DNA of 64,000 nucleotides from a virus, in the IMG/VR virus record IMGVR_UViG_3300002225_000002, one strand, 5' to 3'. Both the position numbers and the translations under genes were made by a program. The notes beneath the pieces are model-generated. The model did no database searches. It was not told where the DNA came from and saw only the letters and a list, made by a program, of their open reading frames with translations. Positions 9,525 through 18,637 of the stretch are shown piece after piece; the first letter of the stretch is position 1; each line of letters starts with the position of its first letter.

Positions 9525-10052
9525 CTATTCCTTAAAAAATTCTTTACAGTCTAAGTTGTACTTGATACTGTCAACCCTATGCACGCCCATTAAATACAAA
9601 GTATAAACGGATACACTAGAGCCACGTCCGACGCCCCACACTGTTCTTTCTTTTCTCATGGTATCTACGAAGTATTTCATGAACCTAAGCATATTAAGTA
9701 AATTAAATTTCTCAAATAGCTCCATCTCATGAGTAACTCTGTCAATTTCTTCTTGACCATCACATAAATTCATTATATGATGTTTGATATCAAGTATTTG
9801 GTACTCCCAAGGGATATTCCACTTATTGACTTGCTCAGCATGAAAGTCCTCAAAGGATGTTTCATTCTTCTCGTAGATATTAAGTCCAGTTTCACCTAAA
9901 ACCTGACTACAGTTCGTATTATACATTAATACGTCCTGTTCGTCAAGGAAAAAACAACCTGAAACATCTTTACCGTGTAGCATCAACTCAACCGCGTCGT
10001 TACTACTCAGTAAGTACCTTCCATATTCATCTAAGTTTTCGTTGGTTTCCAT
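9525..10052 (-). CDS. DNA polymerase III alpha (DnaE)-like fragment A, GRGS half of the palm
   Basis: RVTHEMELF...WGVGRGSSVSVYTLYLMGVHRVDSIKYNLDCKEFF parallels DnaE RL..EL.VI...VGPGRGSGAGSLVAYAL.IT.LDP...LLFERFL. Confidence 0.75.
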   Translation of the reverse strand: METNENLDEYGRYLLSSNDAVELMLHGKDVSGCFFLDEQDVLMYNTNCSQVLGETGLNIYEKNETSFEDFHAEQVNKWNIPWEYQILDIKHHIMNLCDGQEEIDRVTHEMELFEKFNLLNMLRFMKYFVDTMRKERTVWGVGRGSSVSVYTLYLMGVHRVDSIKYNLDCKEFFKE

Positions 10053-10762
10053 TTCAAGTCCGCCATAGCAATAGTAGATGTTAGTTTGTCAGGGACCTCT
10101 ATCTCACCTTCCTCGGCAGCACCGTAGGTAGTGTCATGGATTAATTTGGTGATTTGGTTTAGATCCGAAGCAGTCTCTAAGCTCTCAAGCAAGTCATCAT
10201 TAGACATACCTTCTACGTGCATTGGTTCCCACGTATCACAGTCATATCTTGCCCACCAAGGCTCTGTATATAGAGACTTACCTTCAAACACGCTATTGTC
10301 CATGTTAATCTGATAGCCAGCTTTATCACTGAAGTAAAAGGTAGATTCAAAATCTGTTGATTTAAGGGATACTTGAAGCACCTCTATGTTATCACCAGAC
10401 AATACCGATACTTTCTTGAATAAGGCTTCACTAAGTATGCTGTCAGTTGGTTCTTGGGGAGTAGACACAAATACATTGTCGAAGTCACCAGTAAAAAATG
10501 CTTCGAGTGTAGGTACGTCTGTAGATCCACATGCAAAGATATCCATCATGAAGTTTTGCAACCACCACTTTACGCGTTGATAGGATACTGTTATATCCCT
10601 CATTTGGGCTTCTTTGTCTTCTTCGGAGATGCCTTCTTGTGCCTTACCGGCGAGTTTTATGACTAGTTCCCAATTAACTGGGTACATGTGTCTGTCGAAC
10701 GACCTGATGCCGCTGAAATTGTGTTCAATCGTGTTATACACGTGAATATTTTCGTCTATCAT
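10031..10762 (-). CDS. Hypothetical protein (start moved to MIDEN after GAGGA)
   Basis: Long ORF overlapping the start of fragment A. Confidence 0.6.
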   Translation of the reverse strand: MIDENIHVYNTIEHNFSGIRSFDRHMYPVNWELVIKLAGKAQEGISEEDKEAQMRDITVSYQRVKWWLQNFMMDIFACGSTDVPTLEAFFTGDFDNVFVSTPQEPTDSILSEALFKKVSVLSGDNIEVLQVSLKSTDFESTFYFSDKAGYQINMDNSVFEGKSLYTEPWWARYDCDTWEPMHVEGMSNDDLLESLETASDLNQITKLIHDTTYGAAEEGEIEVPDKLTSTIAMADLKWKPTKT

Positions 10763-10769
10763 AGATTCC

Positions 10770-11084
10770 TCAATCATCAACGCCTTTGATATGACCAAGA
10801 GTAGCCACAACGTTGGGATTTGGTTTTTTCTTCTTGGATTTTTTCTTTCTGCCATAGCGACCAGCACTCTGCTTTTCGCGTTCTTTATTGGCTTCTTCTT
10901 GTTTCATTTGTTGACGATATTCAGCTTCTTCGCCTAGTACGCCAATCAATGATTCAAGACTATCCACCATTCCTTGGAATTGCGTGCCTCGGTAATTCAT
11001 TAGCATCTGGTTACTCTTCAGTAACTTCGCCATGAGTTCCTCATCACTTAAATCTTTAGGATCTATTAGATCATACATATACAT
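10770..11084 (-). CDS. Hypothetical protein, 104 aa, coiled-coil with basic tail
   Basis: SD AAGGA; KKKSKKKK tail. Confidence 0.55.
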   Translation of the reverse strand: MYMYDLIDPKDLSDEELMAKLLKSNQMLMNYRGTQFQGMVDSLESLIGVLGEEAEYRQQMKQEEANKEREKQSAGRYGRKKKSKKKKPNPNVVATLGHIKGVDD

Positions 11085-11088
11085 TTCC

Positions 11089-11226
11089 TTATGTATAAGT
11101 CAATAACATGAATGCTCCCATAGCAATGCAGATGAGAGACATATCAATAGCCGCCCATCTTAGCAAATTCTCACGTTTCACAGACTTCTCTGCGCTTATT
11201 ACTATATTTATGAAAGTTATGATCAC
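11089..11226 (-). CDS. Small hydrophobic protein, 45 aa (not in ORF track)
   Basis: GTG start after GGAGG; MIITFINIVISAEKSVKRENLLRWAAIDMSLICIAMGAFMLLTYT fills the gap exactly. Confidence 0.4.
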   Translation of the reverse strand: MIITFINIVISAEKSVKRENLLRWAAIDMSLICIAMGAFMLLTYT

Positions 11227-11227
11227 A

Positions 11228-11560
11228 CTACCCCTCCTGTGTCTCCAGAATCTTTTCGTAGTCGTCACCGTACATCATACGAAGGAATTCATCACTCTTC
11301 TCTTCATCATCCATTTTTAGCACACGTGCACGTTGACGTGACTCTTCAGATTTATCTTTATCATCAATATTCATAGTTCTGAGAATAGCACGTTCTCTTG
11401 CTAGTTCCTGAGAAGGACCAGTCGTCAAACAACGCTTGAACATCGTGAATGATATAAGACCCAAAAGACCCTGAACCAACATATACAGGTTCAGTTTCAT
11501 AGTTACGCCGAATACACGACGCTTTTGGACACTAAGGCTATAAGGTTCGTCAGTATTCAT
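11228..11560 (-). CDS. Hypothetical protein with one TM segment
   Basis: ORF in operon with ATGA overlap. Confidence 0.5.
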   Translation of the reverse strand: MNTDEPYSLSVQKRRVFGVTMKLNLYMLVQGLLGLISFTMFKRCLTTGPSQELARERAILRTMNIDDKDKSEESRQRARVLKMDDEEKSDEFLRMMYGDDYEKILETQEG

Positions 11561-11874
11561 AGGTAATCATTCCTAGTAATGGTATATAGTATTTCATTAA
11601 TGCCAATATCTCTATCAGCGGTGAGTTCGATACCAGTGGAGTCTATGGTATACTTGAGAACGTCTTCATAAGTCCAATCGGTAAATCCCATAGCCTTGAA
11701 AGTTCTACCGTGAGCACCTTCAGAGTAAGCTTCGGCATCATCATTACCGTAAACACTTCGTATAGCGCCAGACACCTTACCTATAAGGAAGAAAACGTTA
11801 CCGTCTGGACCACCTATGTCGATTTTTTTACCGCATAATGGCCATTCTAATTCAGAGTAAGGTTGATCAATCAT
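11557..11874 (-). CDS. Hypothetical phage protein
   Basis: GPDGNVFFLIGKV motif; operon context. Confidence 0.55.
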   Translation of the reverse strand: MIDQPYSELEWPLCGKKIDIGGPDGNVFFLIGKVSGAIRSVYGNDDAEAYSEGAHGRTFKAMGFTDWTYEDVLKYTIDSTGIELTADRDIGINEILYTITRNDYL

Positions 11875-12202
11875 CTGACATCACATACACACTAAATCGT
11901 GTGGTGGATGGCCACATAGGAACTTCTTTGGCCATATCAAAAGATAGCTGCATTGCCATAGAATCATCGTCATTGGTAAAACCAACATATGCATAAAATT
12001 CAGATTTAGCTCCGCTCATACGAGAGTGAAATGTCTGTTTTTCAGAAAGAATTTGAGATGTACAGAATGTTCCTATGCAACCCTTACGAGACCAACGCAC
12101 AACTTTCTTTACTTCAGCAATATCATCACACTTAACTATGAACATACGATAGTCTTTGCCTGATATGTACTGATCCATCATTAATTTTTTCTTCTTAGCC
12201 AT
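11867..12202 (-). CDS. Hypothetical protein (start moved to MAKKKK)
   Basis: SD GGAG upstream of ATG 12202. Confidence 0.5.
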   Translation of the reverse strand: MAKKKKLMMDQYISGKDYRMFIVKCDDIAEVKKVVRWSRKGCIGTFCTSQILSEKQTFHSRMSGAKSEFYAYVGFTNDDDSMAMQLSFDMAKEVPMWPSTTRFSVYVMSDD

Positions 12203-12256
12203 AACATCATTCTCCACTTTTTTAAATAATACCAACAATTACATTCACGGTCAATA

Positions 12257-13249
12257 TTATTTTTTCACGTAGCCTTTATCTTCGTGGTGAGCAGCTAATA
12301 TTTCAACCATCGCATCAATATCATCACTATCATGATCTTGATATTCAATCACTGCGGATTCACCTTCAGATTCCATACCGTAGTTAGGATCTTCCTTCTC
12401 TTCCAATATTTCTAGAAGCTCATCGAGATTCTTCTGCATAGGCTTAGACACTTTAGACTTCCCACTCAACGTTTCCATGAATATCTCTTGCTCTAACCAT
12501 TCATAAAGATCACGAGTTATCACATCTTTTCTATCTGCACGTTTCAAGTCACGGTTAATGAACGAGCATAGCTCCTTGGCAGTTAAAGGACTACGTTGGT
12601 AGTCAGACGTATCAAGGACAGACATTAATAAAGGCGTATTGAATAACATAGCCCTAACATCTGACTTATTCCTAAAGGTATGGAATACAGATTTAAACTC
12701 AGCGAGTCTTTCATCAGTAGATTTTCTACCTTTAGACACATATTCGCCCCAATCATAACAATGAAGCTTAAGAGTGTCTGAAAGTCCATACTTCTTAAGT
12801 TTGAATCCAGCTTTCCCTCTAACAAGGACACCATATTCATCCTTACTAGGAATACGATCTGATATCAACTTATATGTTTCGTTATTTGGCTTAGCTGCAA
12901 ACAGGCCTATCCTTACATGCCTAGACATGTAACCTTTACGGTTAGACAGAACAGTGTAATCTATGATACCGGCATCAATAAGACCAATAAGGTCTTGGTC
13001 ATTCATAGAGTCCACATTACACACGTCAAATAACGTGCCTTTTTTGATGGCAGCCTCTACTATATTGATACGTTCTTTTTGCTTTGTTCTTTGCGCCAAG
13101 TCACGTATCAATTCAGCTCTAGTTTTATTTTTACTTCCATACTGACCGCCATTGTTTTCGGCCCACCACGAATAGTTACCCATTTGCATTATTTCCGTTA
13201 CTAAGTTTTTACCAAGTACGCTTGGCATATCCATCACTACCGATTTCAT
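12257..13249 (-). CDS. Hypothetical protein, ~310-330 aa (true start uncertain)
   Basis: Long ORF, no recognised motif. Confidence 0.6.
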   Translation of the reverse strand: MKSVVMDMPSVLGKNLVTEIMQMGNYSWWAENNGGQYGSKNKTRAELIRDLAQRTKQKERINIVEAAIKKGTLFDVCNVDSMNDQDLIGLIDAGIIDYTVLSNRKGYMSRHVRIGLFAAKPNNETYKLISDRIPSKDEYGVLVRGKAGFKLKKYGLSDTLKLHCYDWGEYVSKGRKSTDERLAEFKSVFHTFRNKSDVRAMLFNTPLLMSVLDTSDYQRSPLTAKELCSFINRDLKRADRKDVITRDLYEWLEQEIFMETLSGKSKVSKPMQKNLDELLEILEEKEDPNYGMESEGESAVIEYQDHDSDDIDAMVEILAAHHEDKGYVKK

Positions 13250-13448
13250 AACCGTCAGGTGGTTTTACTCCGTCGTTTTCCACGACAATTTCATCAGTCG
13301 AAGATAACTTCAAGAACATGAAGTCTTCTGGCGTCATGATATTGGCACCTTTATTACCAAGTTCACGATAACAAAAGTCATCAATGAATTCGTTCCATTT
13401 TTTTTCGAAACGTCTTGTAACTGGTTCGCCGCCTAATGAATTACTCAT
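13209..13448 (-). CDS. Hypothetical protein (start MSNSLGG)
   Basis: SD GGAG upstream of ATG 13448. Confidence 0.5.
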   Translation of the reverse strand: MSNSLGGEPVTRRFEKKWNEFIDDFCYRELGNKGANIMTPEDFMFLKLSSTDEIVVENDGVKPPDGYEIGSDGYAKRTW

Positions 13449-13459
13449 GGTATTCTCCG

Positions 13460-13795
13460 TCAGTCTTTGGTTGGTTTGGTATGTATAATACCTTGTTCTA
13501 TGAGTGTTGCCCACATACAATACAGATTATTCTTTAGAGTTCCGTCATACATGTACTCAGAACCTATCAGCCCAAGAGGGGATAGAACTCTACTGTTATG
13601 CATGTCTCTAACATCTATCTGTGCGTATTCACCGTGGATAGTTTTAACTGTTAAGTAATTATCGCCTTCCATAAAAAGACTACATGACAATTTAAACTCT
13701 AAAAAACTTTCTGTTTCTTGGTCACGCTCGTAGATATTCGATACACATACCAAGGGCAAAGCTTCGCCCGTGGTTGTTATTAATACTACGCTCAC
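13460..13795 (-). CDS. Hypothetical protein, 111 aa
   Basis: Overlaps the MazG stop; operon context. Confidence 0.5.
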   Translation of the reverse strand: MSVVLITTTGEALPLVCVSNIYERDQETESFLEFKLSCSLFMEGDNYLTVKTIHGEYAQIDVRDMHNSRVLSPLGLIGSEYMYDGTLKNNLYCMWATLIEQGIIHTKPTKD

Positions 13796-14202
13796 ACGTC
13801 ACCGTCCTTCCTGTTCTCACTGAAATGTACGTCGAATGATCCACTTGGGTATCTGCTTTCCAGCTTTTCGACATTCATCTCTATAACTTTGATCGGATCG
13901 ATATCTAACGCCATACACGCGTTGATCCAATAGAAAATGATATCACCCAACTCGCGTTGCATGTGGAAAATATTATCTTCGTTGTATTCTTTACCCTGAT
14001 ACTTGATTTTCTTAACAACTTCTTCAAATTCGCCTGCTTCCGCCGACATACCTTGAGATGCTGTGTCCAATCTAGCAATATCACAGCCTTGCTCATTCAA
14101 TTGAGTCAAACGTGCGATATAGGATTCAAATTTAGTGCTTTCATCACTAGTAAGTGTGTCAACAAAATGTGTGTAGTTCTTTAAAATATTCTGGTCTTTC
14201 AT
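13792..14202 (-). CDS. mazG: MazG-like NTP pyrophosphohydrolase
   Basis: EAGEFEEVVKK...QRELGDIIFY, the ExxE...ExxD metal-binding pattern; NVEKLESRYP. Confidence 0.85.
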   Translation of the reverse strand: MKDQNILKNYTHFVDTLTSDESTKFESYIARLTQLNEQGCDIARLDTASQGMSAEAGEFEEVVKKIKYQGKEYNEDNIFHMQRELGDIIFYWINACMALDIDPIKVIEMNVEKLESRYPSGSFDVHFSENRKDGDV

Positions 14203-14224
14203 TTTTCTTCCTTGATATAAATTA

Positions 14225-14250
14225 TAAAGGGCAGCACTCCTGTGCCACCC
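14225..14250 (-). terminator. Rho-independent terminator after clpP
   Basis: Minus strand GGGUGGCAC-AGGA-GUGCUGCCC followed by UUUAU. Confidence 0.6.
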
Positions 14251-14262
14251 CTATGCACAGAC

Positions 14263-14907
14263 TTAGGTTAAGTCGGCACGTGATCTGATTACACGGTCAG
14301 CGAATCCGCCTTTAACAGCATCTTCTGCTGATAAGAACGTGTCGTAACGCATGGTTTCGAACAATTCTTCGTAAGTTTTACCCACAGAGTTATGCTGAAC
14401 ATACAGTTGAGTCAAACGTTCGTTCAAACGCTCACCTTCTTCAACCGAACGTTTGATATCTTCCAACTCTTCACGCATAACGTGGATAGAACCTTGTGTG
14501 TTGGCTGTACCGGCACTAACACGATGGATCATAGTACGTGATTCGCCCATTACAAAACGCTTACCGGCAGTACCTGATTGAGCTAAGAAGCTACCCATTG
14601 ATGCTGCTTGACCAGTAACGATAGTTTTCACGTCACATTCGATAAATTGAGCGGTGTTATAGATGGCTAAGCCAGCAGTAACAGAACCACCAGGAGAATT
14701 GATGTACATATTGATATCGCTTTCAGGATTTTCCGCTTCAAGGAACATCATTTGCGCAGTAACAATATCAGCCATACCGTCATGGACTTCACCACTTACG
14801 TAGATGATACGTTCTTTAAGTAAACGTGAGAAGATATCGTAAGAGCGTTCGCCGTTAGGGGTTTGTTCAACGACCATAGGTACTAAGCTAGATAATGGAG
14901 TATTCAT
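14263..14907 (-). CDS. clpP: ATP-dependent Clp protease proteolytic subunit
   Basis: [37 protein letters not shown], catalytic Ser AASMG, His MIHR, Asp YDTF. Confidence 0.95.
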   Translation of the reverse strand: MNTPLSSLVPMVVEQTPNGERSYDIFSRLLKERIIYVSGEVHDGMADIVTAQMMFLEAENPESDINMYINSPGGSVTAGLAIYNTAQFIECDVKTIVTGQAASMGSFLAQSGTAGKRFVMGESRTMIHRVSAGTANTQGSIHVMREELEDIKRSVEEGERLNERLTQLYVQHNSVGKTYEELFETMRYDTFLSAEDAVKGGFADRVIRSRADLT

Positions 14908-14944
14908 GTTTTTTCTCTTTTGTCAGTGAAAGTATTGAGTTGTA

Positions 14945-14973
14945 ATTCTATTCGATTTTTATATTGGTGTCAA
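14945..14973 (-). promoter_or_regulatory. Sigma70-like promoter for clpP
   Basis: TTGACA-N17-TAGAAT on the minus strand. Confidence 0.7.
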
Positions 14974-14978
14974 CATAA

Positions 14979-15281
14979 TCATCTAATATTTTTTGCTACT
15001 TCTAAAAATTCAAGTTTACCGATTAACAAGTTGGCAATGCGATCATAAGACTCACATTCAAAATCATCAGGCCCATAACGTGTAACGCCTGTACCTTTAA
15101 TAACTACAACTTCGTCTGTTTTCATATCCAGACCGACACTATCTGCACCATCGAACTTTTCAGTGTCGATTACTACTAAAGCTTTAATAGTTAGGAGCAC
15201 AAATACTTCCAAAGGGTCTATAGCGATAGCGTCTGTGTTGGTTACAATGCCGTTTACGTTAATCATTGAATGGATTCTCAT
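14979..15281 (-). CDS. Hypothetical protein, 100 aa
   Basis: ORF in operon. Confidence 0.5.
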   Translation of the reverse strand: MRIHSMINVNGIVTNTDAIAIDPLEVFVLLTIKALVVIDTEKFDGADSVGLDMKTDEVVVIKGTGVTRYGPDDFECESYDRIANLLIGKLEFLEVAKNIR

Positions 15282-15465
15282 CTACGTTAACTTTTTCGAA
15301 GGTTAACTCGCCATACACATAGAACTGCTTTTGTTCTGCAACATACACGGCACTAGAGTACTGACCTTCTTTGAATTTCTTGTAATCTTCTTGCAAGAGC
15401 ATCTCAGTGAACCCATTATATCGGGTTATTTGGCTGATGTCACTGATTTTATAATCTTTCTTCAT
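15259..15465 (-). CDS. Hypothetical protein, 68 aa
   Basis: Directly downstream of a sigma70-like promoter; SD GGAG. Confidence 0.5.
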   Translation of the reverse strand: MKKDYKISDISQITRYNGFTEMLLQEDYKKFKEGQYSSAVYVAEQKQFYVYGELTFEKVNVDENPFND

Positions 15466-15488
15466 TGTGGCTCTCCTTTAATGCGTGT

Positions 15489-15517
15489 ATTATACTACAA
15501 AGACCACATAAGGTCAA
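15489..15517 (-). promoter_or_regulatory. Sigma70-like promoter
   Basis: TTGACC-N17-TATAAT. Confidence 0.7.
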
Positions 15518-15524
15518 TGTTTTT

Positions 15525-15532
15525 GATAAATA
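15525..15532 (+). promoter_or_regulatory. Late-like promoter GATAAATA
   Basis: 5 nt before ATG 15538 of a plus-strand gene. Confidence 0.55.
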
Positions 15533-15537
15533 ATAGC

Positions 15538-15882
15538 ATGAGACTTATAGAACTTTTCGAGACAAACGACAAATACTTTTCAGCCACCAATGAATTGGAT
15601 GCTGAGTTGAACCCTGAATCATCTTCTTATAAAGAAGAAGAGGAATCTAAGGCTAAAAAGAAAGCCAAAGATAATAAAGGGGGCACGCCCGTAGTCACGG
15701 ATGATGTTGATAACGAAGAAGAGGATTGGACCTCTACTCCAGTCGTAGGTGATATGCAATCTGCTGGATATCGAGGAAGAGAAGAGGCTAAAGCTAATGC
15801 TGGTATGCCACATGACAAATACCAACGATTCGACCCTGACTATTTCGTCCAAGATACCCCAGATGTTCCTACTCCGCTATAG
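15538..15882 (+). CDS. Putative head internal protein, 114 aa (start MRLIELFE)
   Basis: CTS-like N-terminus, acidic, own late-like promoter; the upstream part of the ORF-track call overlaps minus-strand genes. Confidence 0.55.
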   Translation: MRLIELFETNDKYFSATNELDAELNPESSSYKEEEESKAKKKAKDNKGGTPVVTDDVDNEEEDWTSTPVVGDMQSAGYRGREEAKANAGMPHDKYQRFDPDYFVQDTPDVPTPL

Positions 15883-16623
15883 AATCTTATCTAAAGCGGC
15901 AGCCACAGAGGCAGCTAAGTCAGAATCGTACTTATCGCCATCTTCCTGCAATGAATCCATGTTGCTTAAGGCCCACGTCCAGTAAGTAATAGGTATTTCT
16001 ACCATAGGCTTACCGACATGTTTACCAAACGTCATATTTTCATATATAATAGGCGCTTCTAACCACTCATAGATCTCTTCAAGATTATATTCATGAATCT
16101 GCCCTAAAGCCTTCATCATTTCTACTTGCTTCTCGAACACTTTACCTATGATGGCGTTATGCATAGCAGTGTCGGTTTCATAATCATTTCTTTTTATGTT
16201 CGCCCCGAAGAAATGATTCAAGTATGGCAATTTATAATTAGTCATGCCCAAACCTAACGCATCAAGCTTCTTACTTATTCTACTAACGCATATCAATTTT
16301 TTACCGGATAACATTTTACTGCCATTACCGTTAATCATGCCTGCATGAAAAGTTGAATTACACATTACAACGTATTCATTCACGTCAGGTATAACGCCAT
16401 CTAACTCATGAAGTCTCTTATCGCCTAACATACTTTCAGTAATGTCATGTAGGTATGAAATTTCTGGCGTAATAGGAACATCAGCTTTACAATAAGATGT
16501 CATATTATCCCACTTACCAGTGGATGACTTATATCCTACGCATAATGCTATGACTTGGTCTTGTTTGAAGTCAAGTCCAGTTGTTTCGGTATTAACTATT
16601 GTTACATTATCAAAGTTTATCAT
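15877..16623 (-). CDS. Exodeoxyribonuclease X-like DEDDh protein with degenerate active site
   Basis: IVNTETTGL, PITPEISYLHDITESMLGDK, VMCNSTFH, and C-terminal TFGKHVGK...YWTWAL align with ExoX-type proteins. Confidence 0.7.
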   Translation of the reverse strand: MINFDNVTIVNTETTGLDFKQDQVIALCVGYKSSTGKWDNMTSYCKADVPITPEISYLHDITESMLGDKRLHELDGVIPDVNEYVVMCNSTFHAGMINGNGSKMLSGKKLICVSRISKKLDALGLGMTNYKLPYLNHFFGANIKRNDYETDTAMHNAIIGKVFEKQVEMMKALGQIHEYNLEEIYEWLEAPIIYENMTFGKHVGKPMVEIPITYWTWALSNMDSLQEDGDKYDSDLAASVAAALDKIL

Positions 16624-16774
16624 TTTTTAGTCTTTCAATTAAGTTTTCTGTGCTCTCAGTAAGCTCTTCGCACTGAGTAGCTATACCGAAGTATCCTTCG
16701 GCAGATAATATTTCATACATTCCAGCTATGAACTTTTTATGTCGTTCTAACTCTGCAATAACGTCTTCTTCCAT
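16610..16774 (-). CDS. Small hypothetical protein, 54 aa (not in ORF track)
   Basis: MEEDVIAELERHKKFIAGMYEIL...; stop overlaps the start of the next gene; weak RBS. Confidence 0.3.
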   Translation of the reverse strand: MEEDVIAELERHKKFIAGMYEILSAEGYFGIATQCEELTESTENLIERLKNDKL

Positions 16775-16840
16775 AATAAATAAGCTCTAGGTATGTTTTA
16801 TGGTGCGTATTTTACCACACCACGACTTTTTTGTAAAGAC

Positions 16841-17335
16841 TTATCCAAATATAAAGGATTTAAGCTTGCACCACCAACAAGGAACATAACTTTTAGATGT
16901 CTGGTGAATACGTTCCGGTTTTTTGGTTATAGTTTCATTGGTTTCTATTTCAACCCAGCATCCGCTATCGTATTCCTCATTTATTAACCAATACGACGTC
17001 TGATTTTCAGCATCTCTATCGTCTTTGGCATACACTTCCTTACAAATGAAATCTTCTTTCTCATATGACCTGAATGAATGCAAGACCATGGCGTATTTTT
17101 TCAGGCCTCGTAATGTATTCTCGAAGTCGTCTATGTTCTCACCATCTACCTCTTCGATATTTCTCACCTTCAGTACGAAAGTTTTCCCATGTCTCATTTT
17201 TCCATCATTTTCAACATCAATCTGTAATCCTGCGGCTACGTAATCCGCATCAATACCAACCATATCTACCGATTTACATTTCATTTCTATTTTTTTACCG
17301 CCCCACCATGTGGACAGTACGATTATAGATCTCAT
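16841..17335 (-). CDS. Hypothetical protein, 164 aa
   Basis: SD GGAG; long ORF. Confidence 0.55.
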   Translation of the reverse strand: MRSIIVLSTWWGGKKIEMKCKSVDMVGIDADYVAAGLQIDVENDGKMRHGKTFVLKVRNIEEVDGENIDDFENTLRGLKKYAMVLHSFRSYEKEDFICKEVYAKDDRDAENQTSYWLINEEYDSGCWVEIETNETITKKPERIHQTSKSYVPCWWCKLKSFIFG

Positions 17336-17351
17336 TCTTTGTTCTCCACGT

Positions 17352-17375
17352 AAAAAACCGCACTAGGCGGTTTTT
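17352..17375 (-). terminator. Rho-independent terminator (bidirectional shape)
   Basis: AAAAACCGC-ACTAG-GCGGTTTTT. Confidence 0.7.
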
Positions 17376-17391
17376 GTTCATAAAGTAAGTG

Positions 17392-17970
17392 CTATAGGTT
17401 CTTAAGATCTAAACCTTTGTCAATCTTCGTCTCGAAAGCTTCACGAGCATGAGATGAACTTACAATTTCACAGTACGTTGCCAAGTCAATTTCGGGGAAC
17501 TTAGCCAGTGATAAGAAGAAACCACTAACTGTCTGTCTTAATGTCGTCTTATACGCTCGACACATGTCAATTCTGTTATTCTGCATCTGCTCGAAGTTAG
17601 TACGTCCGCCTTTAATGGCACGCATTACTTCTTTCTTCAGAGAAGGATCAATAGTCTGCGTAGATTCATTCGACCATAACATCTTAGCCGTTGCTCCGTC
17701 ATCACCATACTTACCTTTCATAGCTGCGGAAATTAACTTCACCATATCATCGGTATGTGAGTTAGCTACCTGCATCATTTCCACTACTTTCAATGACATC
17801 TGGGCCAATGTGTTCTCGTCCGCCTTGTATTGACCTACAATACCTTCTTCAGTTGCCACTGCAGTATCTTTATGCCCGATATACGCTACGCCAAATGCAA
17901 TGATAGGACCTAATACTAAGACCAATACTGTTACTACGATAGCTAGCGTTGTTTTTGTTGATTGCTTCAT
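17392..17970 (-). CDS. Membrane-anchored helical protein, LemA-like
   Basis: N-terminal TM anchor followed by a long amphipathic helical domain; size typical of LemA. Confidence 0.45.
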   Translation of the reverse strand: MKQSTKTTLAIVVTVLVLVLGPIIAFGVAYIGHKDTAVATEEGIVGQYKADENTLAQMSLKVVEMMQVANSHTDDMVKLISAAMKGKYGDDGATAKMLWSNESTQTIDPSLKKEVMRAIKGGRTNFEQMQNNRIDMCRAYKTTLRQTVSGFFLSLAKFPEIDLATYCEIVSSSHAREAFETKIDKGLDLKNL

Positions 17971-18005
17971 GTGTTTCTCCGTTGGGATATGTATTTGATG
18001 AGTTC

Positions 18006-18034
18006 ACTATATAATCTTTTACACTTACCGTCAA
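18006..18034 (-). promoter_or_regulatory. Sigma70-like promoter
   Basis: TTGACG-N17-TATAGT. Confidence 0.6.
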
Positions 18035-18062
18035 CACTTTTATCTAAAAGCCCATCTTTTCT

Positions 18063-18455
18063 TTACTTTGGAAATAATGATGCACTCTTCGAATGTTTGA
18101 TTTCTTTAGAAGTAATGGTGTACTCTTCAATGTTTGATTTCTTTATGCATCGATACGTCCAACACGTATCGTCTCTATATTTAAAAGTGTATACCTCAGA
18201 TGACTCTCTACAGTGATACCATTTGATGAAATCCAACCATGCCTCTCTAACACCAAACTTACCATCAGGTTTCGCAACTTTTAACTCCAAGTTTAGAGTT
18301 CTATTATTCTTCAGTTGTATATGTATAGCTGAATAATACTCCGGTTCCTGCACCGGCTCCGGCTTCTCTTCACCTTTCGCATACTTTGCAGGTGTAGTTT
18401 CGGTTTTATTCTTACGGCCTTTAATCCATTCACTTAGTCTTAATATTTTTGACAT
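18063..18455 (-). CDS. Hypothetical protein, 130 aa
   Basis: ORF in operon. Confidence 0.5.
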   Translation of the reverse strand: MSKILRLSEWIKGRKNKTETTPAKYAKGEEKPEPVQEPEYYSAIHIQLKNNRTLNLELKVAKPDGKFGVREAWLDFIKWYHCRESSEVYTFKYRDDTCWTYRCIKKSNIEEYTITSKEIKHSKSASLFPK

Positions 18456-18456
18456 C

Positions 18457-18624
18457 CTATTTTCCTTCTATTTTGCATTTTGCAGAAAGTACGAAGTTAT
18501 CTTTGCGTAATCGCTCCACTAACTCTTCCTTGTGACTCTCACACTCGGCGAGACTAGACATATCATACTCAATAGTTTTTGAGAATGCTCCGTTTAATAC
18601 GATTATCGCTAAAATAATTTCCAT
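18457..18624 (-). CDS. Small hypothetical protein, 55 aa (not in ORF track)
   Basis: SD GGAGAAGGG; MEIILAIIVLNGAFSKTIEY...C...C hydrophobic N-terminus. Confidence 0.45.
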   Translation of the reverse strand: MEIILAIIVLNGAFSKTIEYDMSSLAECESHKEELVERLRKDNFVLSAKCKIEGK

Positions 18625-18637
18625 TTCCCTTCTCCGT

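Noticed and set aside
9525-10052. DnaE fragments as a frameshifted pseudogene or assembly artefact
   Set aside because: The flanking ORFs of each fragment show no DnaE motifs in any frame I read, and both fragments have clean starts and stops inside intact operons. Misassembly cannot be fully excluded without reads.
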